A stretch of 64,000 nucleotides of DNA, from contig OX597842.1 of the NCBI GenBank assembly GCA_951406725.2, positions 7,688,001 through 7,752,000 on the forward strand, read 5' to 3'. The DNA is from Octopus vulgaris (lineage: Eukaryota). The notes under the pieces were generated by a model. That model did not search any database. It had not been told where the DNA came from and saw only the letters and a program-made list of their open reading frames with translations. Below are positions 1 through 13,227 of the stretch, piece by piece. The translations under genes and the position numbers were made by a program. Positions within the stretch are counted from its first letter, which is position 1. The number at the start of each line of letters is the position of its first letter.

Positions 1-370
1 ATGCTGGAGCACCACCTTTAGTCGAGCAAATCGACCCCGGGACTTATTCTTTGTAAGCCCAGTACTTATTCTATCGGTCTCTTTTGCCGAACCGCTAAGT
101 TACGGGGACGTAAACACACCAGCATCGGTTGTCAAGCAATGCTAGGGGGACAAACACAGACACACAAACATACACGCACACACATATATATATATACATA
201 TATACAACAGGCTTCTTTCAGTTTCCGTCTCCCAAATCCACTCACAAGGCTTTGGTCGGCCCGAGGCTAAAGTAGAAGACACTTGCCCAAGGTGCCACGC
301 TGTGGGACTGAACCCAGAACCATGTAGTTCATAAGCAAGCTACTTACCACACAGCCACTCCTGCGCCTAT
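1..370 (-). mobile_element. tRNA-derived SINE family A (internal microsatellite)
   Basis: Near-identical to copies at 10728-11150, 16036-16430, 16945-17335, 18890-19270, 45181-45505 and 59884-60300; A/B-box-like head and ccttgggcaagtg motif. Confidence 0.85.
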
Positions 371-510
371 GCATCTTTTGCAAAAAAAAAAAAAATGGTG
401 TCTGCTTACTTTTGAACTGTGTTCAATTAATATGATGTGAAGAAGAAGAAAAAGAACAACAAGAAGAACAACAAAAACAACTGAGGTTATTATGTCAAAT
501 TGTCTGAGAC

Positions 511-516
511 TTTATT
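511..516 (-). terminator. Polyadenylation signal (AATAAA) of the EPDR gene
   Basis: tttatt on the + strand, the first seen downstream of the stop at 602, followed by U/GU-rich sequence on the minus strand. Confidence 0.55.
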
Positions 517-601
517 ATATCATTATAATAAACAATATCATTATCAATATTATTATTACTATTATGATTGTTGATACCAAAGTTCTTAAAAACCATGTTT
601 C

Positions 602-664
602 TTAGAGCACGTAAGGACTCATGAATCCCAAAGAGACCAGTTTCTCTTGGACTGGGGGTGGTGG
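602..664 (-). CDS. EPDR: EPDR terminal coding exon 6
   Basis: Pyrimidine tract ending ttttgcag|PPPPVQEKLVSLGFMSPYVL-TAA; phase 0 matches exon 5. Total CDS 675 nt = 224 aa + stop. AATAAA lies ~86 nt downstream. Confidence 0.75.
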   Translation of the reverse strand, partial: PPPPVQEKLVSLGFMSPYVL

Positions 665-1296
665 CTGCAAAAAGAGAGATGACATACATAAATACATATT
701 GGCATATATATACATATATATACACATACATACACAGACACACACATATATGTGTGTGTATGTATGTATATGTGTATAAATTCATGTGGAGGAATGAAGG
801 TACGATGAAGATGGAGGGACTGGAAGTGAGGAGGAGTGATGTCTTATGGAGAAGCAGAGGCCTTCAAATAGCCTCTTTCTTAATCGGGGCGAGTGCCAAA
901 CATGTTTTGGGGATCATTTTAAGGTAGTGGTACACACTCGGGTAGAGTGCACAGAAGGGGACAACTGTTGAGTTTTGCTCATTCATGTGACCTGAGGTTT
1001 CAATATACAGTTGCCGATTGCATTGTTGAGGTAAGAGCAACCTTATATTTACCTCACAAATACAACATGCATTTACACACACACACACACACACATGCAT
1101 ATATATAACTATATATATTTCTTTATTGCCCACAAGGGGCTAAACACAGAGGGGACAAACAAGGACAGACAAAGGGATTACGTCGATTACATTGACCCTA
1201 GTGTGTAACTGGTACATAATTTATCGAACCCGAAAGGATGAAAGGCAAAGTCGACCTTGGCGGAATTTGAATTCAGAACATAGCGGCAGACAAAAT

Positions 1297-1784
1297 AACC
1301 AAATATGAACCATTTTGTTGCACAATGCATCTCCATCTTTCCTTTAACTTGAAAATACCCTCTTCCCAGAATTGAGGTGGATTCATGGCAAAGAATTCAT
1401 CAAGGTATCTTTTTACGTCATCCAAGGAATTGAAATTTTTACCATTAAGACTATTCTGCAGAGACCTGAATAAGTGGAAATCTGAAGGAGCAATATCTGG
1501 TGAATATAGAGGGTGGGGGTAACACATCCCAGCCGAGCTGAAGCAATTTTTGTCTGGTTCCCAAAGCATCAAGTGCCGAAAATGAACTTTCTTATCTTCC
1601 ATTTTAAAGGGTTACAGAATTAACACAGGTTATAGGAACATAAACCTTCTTCCATGAAAAGATAGCTTAAACTGTGCTCTAAATGGAGGTGTAGTCAAAT
1701 CCTATTTTATGAACTCAATCACGTTCTAAAATAAGTCGAAAGGTAAGCTACTATAAATTGGCACGAACTTTCCGGACAACCCAA
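1297..1784 (-). mobile_element. Same mariner derivative, truncated at one end next to a SINE
   Basis: Right TIR ends at 1784; YSPDIAPSDFHLF remnant. Confidence 0.88.
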
Positions 1785-1940
1785 TATGTTTATGTCTAAT
1801 ATAATAAATGGGGCTCATACATATGTTTAAAGAATGCAATTTAAAAAATCAACAAAAGAAAGATACTATAGAAAGAGGAAAGTACAATCAATATGGTGTT
1901 TGTTTAGAGCTTTAAAAGTACTCAAAATGAGTACAGAATG

Positions 1941-1975
1941 TTATGACATTTTGGACATTAGTCCTTCTTCAGAAA
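1941..1975 (-). ncRNA. CpG-decayed hammerhead relic (EPDR intron 5)
   Basis: ttt CTGAAGA a ggac-taat-gtcc aaaa tg TC ataa; cGAAAcg appears mutated to caaaatg. Confidence 0.45.
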
Positions 1976-2359
1976 GAAATGAAGATGGGGGGAAAACAGG
2001 TGAAAAGGAGAAAGAGAGAGAGAGAATATAAGAGGGAAAGAATGAGAGAGAAAAACAGTGGATGCTCGAAGAAAATAATAATAAACAAATAAAAAGAATA
2101 AAAGAGGTTTAGGTAGGGAGGAACATGGGAAAAAGTAAAAAGCATTTAATGATACGAAAAATAATAATTATTTTTATTATTGAAAAAATATTGCCTGAGT
2201 TGGCTGTGTGGTAAGAAGATTTCTTTCCAATTACATGATTCTAGGTTCAGTCCCACTGCATGGCACCTTGGGCAAGTGTCTTTTACTGTAACCTCAGGTC
2301 GACCAAAGCCTTGTGAGTAGATTTGGTAGATGGAAATATATATACATCTATATCTATCA

Positions 2360-2403
<44 letters not shown>

Positions 2404-2472
2404 ATCTGTCTATCAATATATCTTTCTCTCTCTCTCTATCTATCTTTTTATCTCTCTCTCCCTCTATCTATG

Positions 2473-2513
<41 letters not shown>

Positions 2514-2661
2514 ATCTATCTATATATCTATCTATCTATCTTTCTATCTCTCTCTCTCTCTATCTTTTTATCTCTCTCTCTCTCTCTCTATCTATCTTTT
2601 TATCTCTCTCTCTCTCTATCTATGTATATATCTTTCTATCTATCTATATATCTATCTATCT

Positions 2662-2728
<67 letters not shown>

Positions 2729-2729
2729 A

Positions 2730-3848
2730 ATCGACGGTGAACAGGTGTGGTCGCCGTTTGTGAGGCACGCATTCCCGCAACTCGTCTCCATGACCGAACT
2801 ACAGTCGTGGATCAAAAAGAGGCCGAAGAAGGGCGAATGGCACCGCGAGTGTCGCGTTGCTCTCAAGCAACTCTGCCGTCCCGGGTCGACCTTGAGTGAC
2901 TTCAACACAACCAAAGCATTCTATAGGGGATTAGTGGAGGGGAGGTACGACGACGAGCTCGGGGCAAACCTGGGCGTCGACGAGGAATACCTGACCCGCC
3001 TGTTCCAAACGACTTTCGGCCCGGGACCTATGGACAACTTCCAGAGATCCCTGGCCTGGCGGTGCTACCGAGAAGCGCTACCCGTTCGGGATAAGCTCTA
3101 TAGGCATGGCTCGAGAAACACGGGGCCGACCTGCCCGAGATGCGGGCAGAGCGACGAAACCGCTCTGCACGCAATCGTGCAGTGTCCAGCAATTTCCCAC
3201 CTGTGGGCTTATGTCGAACGACTGCTGTCACATGTGGGACGTGTCGGTTTATCAGCCGAGTCTATCGTTAATATCGTCACGCCTCCTTCCTTCAAACGGG
3301 AAGGAAGAGCTATTTTTATCATACTTGTGGCTATGGTGAAAGAATGTATCTGGTGGACGCGTCTGAAAGGATTAGAGACAAACACTTTCCTCTCTGGTCA
3401 ATCTCTCATCAACTTCTTCAAGTATCACTTGAAGAAAAAAGTGAGAGTAGAGAGGCAAGTTTTGTCTAGTGAATGTTTTAAAAAAAGATGGGTGAATGTA
3501 GCAAGGATGGCACGTATGAATGACGAAGCCACCTTGACTATGATTCTATGAACCGTAAAAATTAATACAGAGAGTTGCTTATTTGCAAAAAAAAAAAAAA
3601 AGAAATATAACATGTGACTTCATTGACCGAGGTTACCGTGGTCTTTTCCGTAGGCTTTTCTTTCCACGGGTAAACCTCACCTGTCCTCCCCTTTACACTT
3701 CATATTGACATTTCTGTGATAACGATCCCTATTGATCAATTTTTTTTCCTCTCCCCCTTTTTTTTAACCCCCCCTTTTTTTGTCCTCTTTCTCTCCTTTT
3801 ACGATCCCTTTTGATCGACCCCCCTTTTTTATTTTATTTTATTTTTTA

Positions 3849-3879
<31 letters not shown>

Positions 3880-3965
3880 TTTTTTTTTTTTAAACCTTCA
3901 AAAGAAAAGCTCTACCTTGTAATTTGTTCTATCTGTGTGCAGCCCTGTGTGGCTAATAAAGAAAC
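2730..3965 (+). mobile_element. 5'-truncated L1/Tx1-clade LINE: ORF2 C-terminus 2730-3551 + 3' UTR, inserted in (TATC)n
   Basis: Uninterrupted frame with W-x-C-YREALPVRDKL and the CPRC-x7-H-x4-C zinc knuckle; ends aataaagaaa; CpG-rich; (TATC)n on both sides. Confidence 0.88.
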
Positions 3966-4260
3966 ATATCTATCTATCAATCAATCTATCTATCTATATA
4001 TATATATATATCTTTGTGTATGTGTGTTTGTGTCTGTGTTTGTTCCTCACCACTGCTTGACAACCAGTGTTGGTGTGTTTATGTCCCTGTAACTCAGTGA
4101 TTCGGCAAAACAGGGCCAATAGAATAAGTACCTGGCCTAAAAACAATAAGTCCTGGGGTCGATTTGTTTGACTAAAACCCGTCAAGGTGGTGCTCCAGCA
4201 TGGCTGCAACCAAATGACTTTAAAAAAAGCAAAAGATAAAAGACGAAAGGTGTTTGTTAC

Positions 4261-4364
4261 CTTATTGTAAGAAGATTTGAAACATATTGAAGGGATTTCA
4301 AAGACACTTGGGTCCTCAATGAACTCTTCAAGGTTGGCCAACTGACTCATTGTTGCTGTTCTCT
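4261..4364 (-). CDS. EPDR: EPDR coding exon 5
   Basis: tttcaattacag|(Q)RTATMSQLANLEEFIEDPSVFEIPSICFKSSYNK|gtaaca; 104 nt, phase 1/0; I-x-DPSVF-x-x-P-x-x-C is the EPDR C-terminal signature. Confidence 0.9.
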
Positions 4365-5644
4365 CTGTAATTGAAATGAAACCTTCAGCAAGTATTTCAG
4401 ACATACACAGCACTGCATTCAGTATTCTTTCATTCTACTCGTATGCATTCACACACACACACCCACACATATGTATTTTAGCATGCATGAACATACATAA
4501 TACATACATACATGCATGAATACATACATACATACATACATATATACATACATATTTACAATATTATTAGTGGGGCCCTGGGATATGGAACACACTGCCT
4601 AAATATCAATCTTGAGAGATTAGGCTTCTCAAAACCATAACGAAGTAAGCTAATTTGAAGACTACAGATCCAATCCATCACTGGAACTGTAAAAATCTGT
4701 GAAACTTTCCAGAAGTTTATCATTTAAATATATATGAACATGTCTAGATATGCAGCTATATGCATGAGAATGCATACATAAGGCTTAACATACAAATCTG
4801 CACATAAATACATACATACATACATACATGCATACATGCATGCATGCATGCATGCATACATACATACATATACATACATACATACATACATACAAACATA
4901 CATACATACATACATACATACATACATACATACATGCTTGCATGCATGCATACATACATACATACATACATACATACATACATACATACACATATACCTA
5001 CATATATACATACACAAATACATAGATCTAGGTTAGAAACCGGTTCTTTCTCTACTGGCAAGAAATCTTGAAAGAAACTAAATAATGACATACATACATA
5101 TAAACATATAATATAATAAAATTAATGAGAGAGATGGAAAATGGAATATATAAGAATGTTTATTGGTTACTGAGGAGGTGCGTGGCTTGGTGGTTAGGGT
5201 GTCAGCATCATGATCATAAGATTGTGGTTTCGATTCCTGGACTAGGCAACATGTTGTGTTCTTGAGCAAAACACTTCATTTCACATTGCTCCAGTCCACT
5301 CAGCTGGCAAAAATGAGTAACGCTGTGATGGACTGGCGTCCCATCCAGCTGGGGAACACATATGCCATAGAAACCGGGAAACCGGGCCCATGAGCCTGGC
5401 TAGCCTTTAAAAGGGCGCATTTATTTATTTATTTGTTGGTTACTACAATCGTTTCAACCCATCTGGCATTGATTCCTTGTGGATGGAATACTGTAGGGAT
5501 CAATAAAGATTCTCAAATATTTTATCTTCCGTTTCTCTCGTTAATCAAGTATCCAATGAACACTGAGGCAGTGAACATGCTTTACTGGTTAACTACCAGG
5601 TGTATAAAATATGCTTTGTTAACTACAATATATACATATTGTTT

Positions 5645-5952
5645 CATTATTGCCCACAAGGGGCTAAACATAGAGGGGAAAATAGAATTTGAACTTAGAA
5701 CATATAGACTGACAAAATACCTATTTCTTTACTACCCACAAAGTGCTAAACACAGAGGGGACAAACAAGGCCAGAGAAACGGATTAAGTCGATTATATTG
5801 ACCTCAGTGCGTAACTGGTACTTATTTAATTGACCCTGAAAGGATGAAAGACAAAGTCGACCTCGGCGGAATTTGAACTCAGAACATGACGGCAGACAAA
5901 ATACAGCTAAGCATTTCGCCCAGCGAGCTAACATTTCTGCCAGCTTGCCGCC
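5645..5952 (-). mobile_element. tRNA-derived SINE family B (gcctttcatccttt..ggtcgataaa central block)
   Basis: Other copies at 1117-1295, 10455-10625(+), 21985-22183, 43935-44255, 45010-45180, 49065-49210(+), 51441-51665 and 53970-54182. Confidence 0.8.
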
Positions 5953-6047
5953 TCTGCAATATATACATATGTATGTATGTATACATAAGGGGACAGAGAT
6001 AAAAGGGGACAGGCAGAAATAGTGACTGTGATGAAAGATTGACTTAC

Positions 6048-6224
6048 GGTTGTGTCCCTGTTGGGACTTTGTCTGTGTGTAGAAGACCTCTTGAAGGGGA
6101 TAGCAGTAGTGTTTGGTAACGGTCATCTCACGGAAACCTGCTTTTATCCTCTGCATGTAGGTGCTCATCTCAACATCCTCATGTGGCCCTCCAACTGAAA
6201 ACTGGGCTGTTTTCTTTGCAGACT
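6048..6224 (-). CDS. EPDR: EPDR coding exon 4
   Basis: ttaccag|(K)SAKKTAQFSVGGPHEDVEMSTYMQRIKAGFREMTVTKHYCYPLQEVFYTQTKSQQGHN+C|gtaagt; 177 nt, phase 1/1; VT-xxx-C-x-P motif. Confidence 0.9.
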
Positions 6225-6880
6225 CTGGTAATGGAATGTGGATTGTTGTTAACATTAATGGTGACTGTTTGCTGTTGTTGTTTAACCCTAGGTCAGTACT
6301 AAACCAATAGACAGACATATGAATGAAAAAGGTTCCAGTTGTGGCCATTCCATCTTATATATTCAGATGCATTGTATCTAGGACTACATTTTCTTATATA
6401 TCGTATAGTAGTTAGTATTAGAGGCTATAGTTGTTGTTTAGCCCCAGGTCAGTCATGATCCAGACAGACCTGTGATCAAAGATCTCCCACCTGTGACTAT
6501 CCCATCCTTTAGATGTCGTATATCTAGGACTACATTATCTAATGTGTAGCAATGTAGTTAGTATTAGTGGTTGTAGTCTTTGCCAGTTGTCTCAGTTCTT
6601 TGTCAAGAGCCAAACACTATAACCCTAGGCTGTCCACTCTAAAAGTGGACATTATTATATAATTATCAACCAATAAACAACTGGACACATAAAAGAACTC
6701 CTGGTCTTGCATGTTGGACCAAAGACCTTGTATGCAAGTCATGGCATCTAAAGATTGTTAGAGATAGGTTATTTTCCATTTGTTAGTTTGAATCATCATC
6801 ATCATCATCGTTTAACATCCATTTTCCATGCTAGAAAATGGATGACAGAAAGATATATAGATAGATAGATAGAGAGAGAG

Positions 6881-6913
<33 letters not shown>

Positions 6914-8579
6914 TAGATGTATATATATTTCCATCTACCAAATCTACTCACAAGACTTTGGTCGGCCTGAGGTTACAGTAAAATACACTTGCCCAAGGTG
7001 CCATGCAATGAGACTGAACCTAGAATCATATAATTGGAAAGAAATCTTCTTACCACACAGCTACACCCAAGCCAACTCAGGCAATATTTTTTCAATAATA
7101 AAAATAATTATTATTTGGACGGTTGGATGGTTCTACAGCTGGATGCCCTTCCTAATGCCAACCACTCCGTGAGTGTAGTGGGTGCTTTTTACGTGCCACC
7201 GGCACAGGGGCCAGAGGAGGCTGGCAAATGGCCACAATCAGTTGGTGTTTTAACGAGTCACCGACAAGGATGCCAGTCAAAGTGGTGCTGGCATCGGCCA
7301 CGTTCGGATGGTGCTCTTTACCTGCCACCGGCACAGGTATCTTAACTACAATTTCCAGTTGATTTTTATTTTTATTTTGATGTTGATGTACTTGACTCAA
7401 TAGTTCTCCTCAAGAACAGCGGGTCACTCTACAATCCAAGGTTAGCACAGCAGGTCATCCTGTGAGCCATGAGCTCACTTCATTTGTTGGGTCTTTGCAG
7501 TCACAGAATATCTCAGAGGTGGCGGTCTTTTGTCATTTCAATATAAGAAAATATAAATATATATGAACAAAAAATTGACAAATGCAAAATACAAAATATG
7601 CAAAAAATAAGCAATAAAATAAATATTGCTTATAAAAAATAAGCAATAAAACAAATATAGAGGGAGTTGCAAATGTTCCACTGAAGGTCACTTAATTCAT
7701 AAAATTGACCAAACTGCAGTATATAAATATGATACAGAGTGTGAAGTTGCCAAAATAAAGACTGTGATAGTTCTGTGCTGTGTAGACTAGTGATGATGTA
7801 ACTGGCCAATGTTTTAGAAGATACTTCTCAAAGTGGTGGCATTTAAAAAAGGTATCTGATTTTGTATTTATATAATTTGTGGAATTGTCATTATTTGTTC
7901 TGCTTTGGGGCTCTTTTAAGCTGTATCCGAAACTGCATCTGTGGTATTGGTGGTGGTGTGAGTGGCCAGAGATGATCAGAGATGGACAGAGAGCTGGTTT
8001 GAGATGATGGAAAGACATGGATGCAGATGGTTGAAGAAGTGGACAAAAAAGAACAGAAATATCCAGAGATGGCCAAAGGTGGCCAGAGGTGGCCAGAGAG
8101 ATAACCAGAGATGACCAAAAAGGACATATATGGCTGGAAAGATGGAAGAGATGACTAGAGAAATGACCAGAGATGGACAAAGAGGACCGGAAATGGTCAG
8201 AGATATGGAAAGAGATGACCATTGATGTCTAGAGAGATGGATAGAGATAATTAGATGTGGCTAGAAAGATGAACAGAGAGGGACAGAAAGATGGAAAGTG
8301 ATAATAAGAGATGGCCAGATATGGACAGAGAGATTGATAGAGATGGTTAGGTGTGGCCAGAGAGATGACTAGATATGAAGAGAGTTGGACAGCGATGGTA
8401 AGAGAAATGACCAGAAATGGACATAGATGGCTGTAGAGATGGAACAGACGAATAGAGAGAAAGAGAGAGAGAGAGAGAGAGGGAGGGAACGAGAGGGAGG
8501 GAGCGAGAGAGAGAATAGAGAATAAGACAGAGAAGCAGAATCAAAGAATGAGAATAGAGGATTAATAGAATAGGCATAC

Positions 8580-8673
8580 TTGGAATACAATGTGGCAAAT
8601 CCTCTTGGCTGATCCAGCTTTTGTCCAATGGTGTTTTGTAACAAATTCCGCCAGTCATAATGTAAACTTCACC
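8580..8673 (-). CDS. EPDR: EPDR coding exon 3
   Basis: aattgcag|GEVYIMTGGICYKTPLDKSWISQEDLPHCIP+A|gtatgc; 94 nt, phase 0/1; C-x-K and CIP motifs. Confidence 0.9.
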
Positions 8674-8707
8674 CTGCAATTGGAGAGTTAGACACAAAAA
8701 TACAAAT

Positions 8708-8855
8708 GTGGTGATGAGGGTGGTGATGAGGGTGGTGATGAGGGTGGTGATGAGGGTGGTGATGAGGGTGGTGATGAGGGTGGTGATGAGGGTGGTGATG
8801 AGGGTGGTGATGGGGGTGGTGATGAGGGTGGTGATGAGGGTGGTGATGAGGGTGG
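8708..8855. repeat. 12-bp tandem repeat (gtggtgatgagg) x ~12
   Basis: Direct reading; lies ~35 nt upstream of the EPDR exon 3 acceptor. Confidence 0.95.
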
Positions 8856-10285
8856 CGATGTTGTCGTTGGAAGTGTTACTGATAGTGTTGTTGTTGTTGA
8901 TGGTGTTGGTTTCTTTGTTAGGGTGGTGGTAGCAGTGGTTGTGGTGGTGGTATTAGTGGTGGTAGAATGGAGGTGGGAGTGTTTATGGTATTGGTGTGCG
9001 TAGTGGTGGTGGTTGTGTGGGTAGTAATGGTTGTGGTGGTTGTGCTGGTGATGGTGGTTGTGCTGGTGGTGTTGGTGTTACAGGTGTTGGTGGTGGTGTG
9101 AGTGGCCAGAGAGATGAGTAGAGATGGACAGAGATGGCCAGAAATGAACAGAGATAGACAGAGATGGTCAGAGAGATGATAAAAAATGGACACATGGCCA
9201 AAGAGATGGAAGAGATGACTAGAAAGGTGACCAGAGATGGATACAGAGGGCCAAAAATGGTCAGAGATGGCCAGAGATATGGGAAGAGATAACTATTGAT
9301 GGGCAGAGAGACAGATGTGGCTAGAGAGATGAACAGAGATGGACAGAGATGGCCTAAAGTGGACAGAGAGATGGAGAGAGTGGGCACATATGGCTGGAAA
9401 AAGGGAAAGAGATAACCAGAGATGATCAGAGGACACAGATGACCAGTGAGATGGGACAAGATGGACAGAGAGGTGACCAGAGGTGGACAGAGATATGGAA
9501 ATGAGATGACCATTGATGGTCAGAGAGATGGACAGAGATGACCTGAGATGGTCAAGTATGGACAGAGATTGAAAGAAAGATGGACAAAGAAAAAGAGAGG
9601 GAGATGGACAAAGATAGACAGGAAGATGGATAAAGGGGACCAGAGAGGCTACGAGAGTTGGCCACAGATGGCCAAAGAAATGCTCAGATATGACCAGAAG
9701 TGACCATTGATGATCAGAGAGGTGAATATAGATGGTCAGATGTGACCAGGGAGATGAACAGAGATAGACAGGAAGATGGAAAGCGATGACCAGAGATTGA
9801 CAGAAATGGACAGAAAGAGAAATGGAGAAGGGCACAAATGGCCAGAGAGATGGAAAAGATGACTAGAGAGATGACCAGAGATGGTCACAAATGGTCAGAG
9901 ATGATCAGAAATGGTCAGAGATGATCAGAGAGGTAACCAGAGGTAATTAGAGGTAGTCAGAGATATGGAAAGAGACGGTCAAAGATCATCAGAGAGGTGA
10001 CCAGAGATGGTCAGAAATGGTCAGAGATGATCAGAAATGGTCAGAGATGATCAGAGAGGTAACCAGAGGTAATTAGAGGTAGTCAGAGATATGGAAAGAG
10101 ATGGTCAAAGATCATCAGAGAGGCGACCAGAGATGGTCAGAAATGGTCAGAGATGATCAGAGAGGTAACCAGAGATGGACAGAAAGATGGCAAGATGTCC
10201 AGAAATGAACAGAGATGGCCAGAAAAATAGAGAAATGGAGAAAGAGATGGACAGAGATGACCGGAGATAGACAAAAGGTTCTTAC

Positions 10286-10405
10286 CTTGTTCAAGTCGAC
10301 ATGAGTGCTGGTCAGGGAGAAAATCTGGTGCTCTGCATCTACGGTAAGGTTGGTGAAAGCTGAGTAAATTCCACCGCTGTAGTCATAGAATACTACGCCA
10401 GAACC
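10286..10405 (-). CDS. EPDR: EPDR coding exon 2
   Basis: tccttacag|GSGVVFYDYSGGIYSAFTNLTVDAEHQIFSLTSTHVDLNK|gtaaga; 120 nt, phase 0/0; contains the EPDR-type YDY motif. Confidence 0.9.
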
Positions 10406-10727
10406 CTGTAAGGAAAGATAATCAATATTAGCCTTGTGTGTGAAGTGGTGAACTAGCAGAACCGTTGGGCAAAATGCTTTGTGGAAATTCATTTGACTTT
10501 TATGTAAGGAGTTCAAATTCTGTCACGATCAGCATTTGACTTCCATCTTTCAGGGCTGGGGTCAATGTAATTGTCTTACTACCCCCACCTTCAAAAATTG
10601 CTGGCCTTGTGACAAAATTTGAAATCAGTTGTATGGTTCCTTTAGTTGTTTCTGTCATTTGGGTGTGGCCATGCTGGGGCAAAACCCTGAAGGGAGAAGC
10701 CAATGGAAATAATTATTCTACACTTAT

Positions 10728-10890
10728 GCGCAGGAGTGGTTGTGTGGTAAGTAGCTTGCTTACCAACCACATGGTTCCGGGTTCAGTCCCATTACTTGGC
10801 ACCTTGGGCAAGTGTCTTCTACTATAGCCTTGGACCGACCAAAGCCTTGTGAGTGGATTTGGTAGACGGAAATTGAAAAGAAGCCTATCG

Positions 10891-10923
<33 letters not shown>

Positions 10924-11150
10924 GTGTGTATATATGTTTGTGTGTCTGTGTTTGTCCCCCTAACATAGCTTGACAACCGATGGTTATGTGTTTACGTCCC
11001 CGTAACTTAGTGGTTCAGCAAAAGAGACTGATAGAATAAGTACTAGGCTTACAAAGAATAAGTCCTGGGGTCGATTTGCTCGACTAAAGGCTTGCTCCAG
11101 CATAGCCGCAGTCAAATGACTGAAACAAGTAAAAGAGTATAAAAGAGTAT
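10728..11150 (+). mobile_element. SINE family A
   Basis: Full-length copy in EPDR intron 1. Confidence 0.85.
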
Positions 11151-11321
11151 CTATTTTTTCTTTTTGATGAACTGCTAAGTTATAAAGACTTGAATAAATA
11201 GAATAAGGCTTTATAAAATATACTCTAAGTGCTGGGGTTCAATTCTTTTGAATAAAACCCTTCAAAGCACCGCCCCAGCATGGCCATAGTCAGATGATTG
11301 CAAAACGTTGAAGATAAAAGG

Positions 11322-11362
<41 letters not shown>

Positions 11363-11524
11363 CTCCTGTGTAGCTTGCTTCCTGACCACATATTTTGATA
11401 CAAGGCCAGTAATTTTGGGGGAGGGGTTACATCAGCCCTAGCTTGCAGCTTTGATGATTATAACAATAATAATAATAACAATGGTTTAATAATAATAATA
11501 ACAACAACAACAGCAATAATAATA

Positions 11525-11555
<31 letters not shown>

Positions 11556-11828
11556 TAGCTTAATGATAATAATAACGATAATGGTTTAATAACCATCATC
11601 ATCATCATCGTTTAACGTCCGCTTTCCATGCTAGCATGGGTTGGACGATTTGACTGAGGTCTGGCGAATCAGACTCCAATCTGATCTGGCAGAGTTTCTA
11701 CAGCTGGATGCCCTCTCTAATGCCAACCACTCCGAGAGTGTAGTGGGTGCTTTTACGTGCCACCAGCACAAGAGCCAGTTAGGTGGTGCTTTTTATGATG
11801 ATGATAATAATAATAATAATAACAATAG

Positions 11829-12379
11829 TCCTGATGCAGTACCAGGCAGTGGTTCTCATGGCTTCTGATCTTAACTGATTGGAAGTGTTATCATGTACAT
11901 TGTTTTATCTTGGTATAAAAGATGGGTTACAGCAAATATTCTGCTCAATACCACAGATTTGCTTGTCAGTTGCTTGACCTTAACCAGTTGCATATGTCCC
12001 TTAGTGGCTGACTATATGTGCATCTCTGATCATGAGCAGAAGTAGAGGAGGAGCGTCATAGCCATGTGTTTAGAGGGATTCTTTGAGGTTTGGATAATTC
12101 ACCTTTGGAAACATGGATGGTTCGTTCAACATCCTTAAACAATTCTTATTCAGGGACCTTTTGAGTGTGATGGGTCACTCAACCAGAAGAAAATTCTAAC
12201 TAGGCCCCACCTGCAAGGTCATGCGCTGTTAATCTTGATATGAGATCACGTTGTGTGCATATGGTTGTGATGCATGTGCCTGGTGTACACTTATCAGACG
12301 GGTAGTCATGATGGGTATACTGGGCTTCGTATATTTGTACCCTAGTGTCACTTTGATGGCATGCACTGCTCTCTCACTC

Positions 12380-12380
<1 letters not shown>
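11829..12380 (+). mobile_element. ~550-bp dispersed element family E ending in (AAT)n
   Basis: Highly similar copies at 44387-44848 and 56339-56887; all end ctctctcactc-(AAT)n. Confidence 0.8.
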
Positions 12381-12416
<36 letters not shown>

Positions 12417-12619
12417 GTCAAGACGAAGAGCGCGATTTGATTGTAAGATATTTTAATAGTTGAATGATATTTCAACAGTACATCTGTCTTTGTCAAGTTC
12501 AATATAAGAACTGATAAAAATTCAAAATTATAGAAATTTAAACGTAAAGTATGAACGAGAGCAACCAGTGTCCACACGCTGATGGAATGACATCATCAGT
12601 TTTTAAGTTACAATTTATA

Positions 12620-12662
<43 letters not shown>

Positions 12663-12905
12663 TAAAACAATAAGAAGAATGCGACTGGTATCAAATGAAC
12701 AATACTTCGACATTTCGTGTGTCTTCCCCAAGTTGAAAATAAACATCTCAATCTACTTCGTTTTGGTAATATTTGAAGGATTGATGTTACTCCTCCAAAA
12801 GAAAAAAACAATAAGAAGAGTGCGACTGTTATTGAATGAACACCATTTCGAAATGAGATGTTATTTTGAACTTGTGGAAGACACACAAGATGTCGAAACC
12901 CCAAA

Positions 12906-13185
12906 GAGATACCAGGAAACCCCAAAATGGCAGAAATTCAAAAGATAGTGCTCATGGGAACTGCTCATATCCTACGCAAAATATTTTCTATGTAATCTCA
13001 AGTTTTTAAACAAACAATTTTCGTTTTTTTTTTTTAGACGTTCACTAGTACAACACTAAATACAAAACCAAATGTATGGCACACTAGGCATAACAACAAC
13101 ACGAACTTCCAACCTGTTGTCTCTTGAGGTCTCTGGGTGAGACTTGGAGCCAACTTGTACAAATATAAAGCAAAAGTCAAACATA

Positions 13186-13187
<2 letters not shown>
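12906..13187 (+). mobile_element. R4/Dong-like RLE non-LTR retrotransposon 3' end with (AAT)n tail
   Basis: IPGNPKMAEIQKIVLMGTAHILRKIFSM* (stop 12993-12995) matches the R4-clade C-terminal QK-x-V-L-x-GTA-x-ILRK motif; 3' UTR then (AAT)n. Confidence 0.75.

Positions 13188-13227
<40 letters not shown>

Larger units (their letters stand above)
7950..10275. repeat. Degenerate purine-rich ~10-bp repeat field (gagatggNca) flanking EPDR exon 3
   Basis: Blocks at 7950-8450 and 9090-10275 start with the same ggtggtgtgagtggccagaga; 120-bp duplication at ~9900-10150. Confidence 0.8.

Noticed and set aside
860-1045. Extra EPDR exon or GIY-YIG relic (CNRQLYIETSG..)
   Set aside because: No convincing splice pair; the Penelope similarity is too decayed to call.
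2313-2729. N-terminal part of the 412-aa ORF
   Set aside because: (TATC)n/(TC)n read-through; only 2730-3551 is LINE coding sequence.
4365-4390. Alternative upstream in-frame acceptor for EPDR exon 5
   Set aside because: The GAAG acceptor lacks a pyrimidine tract; the ttacag at 4365 is much stronger.
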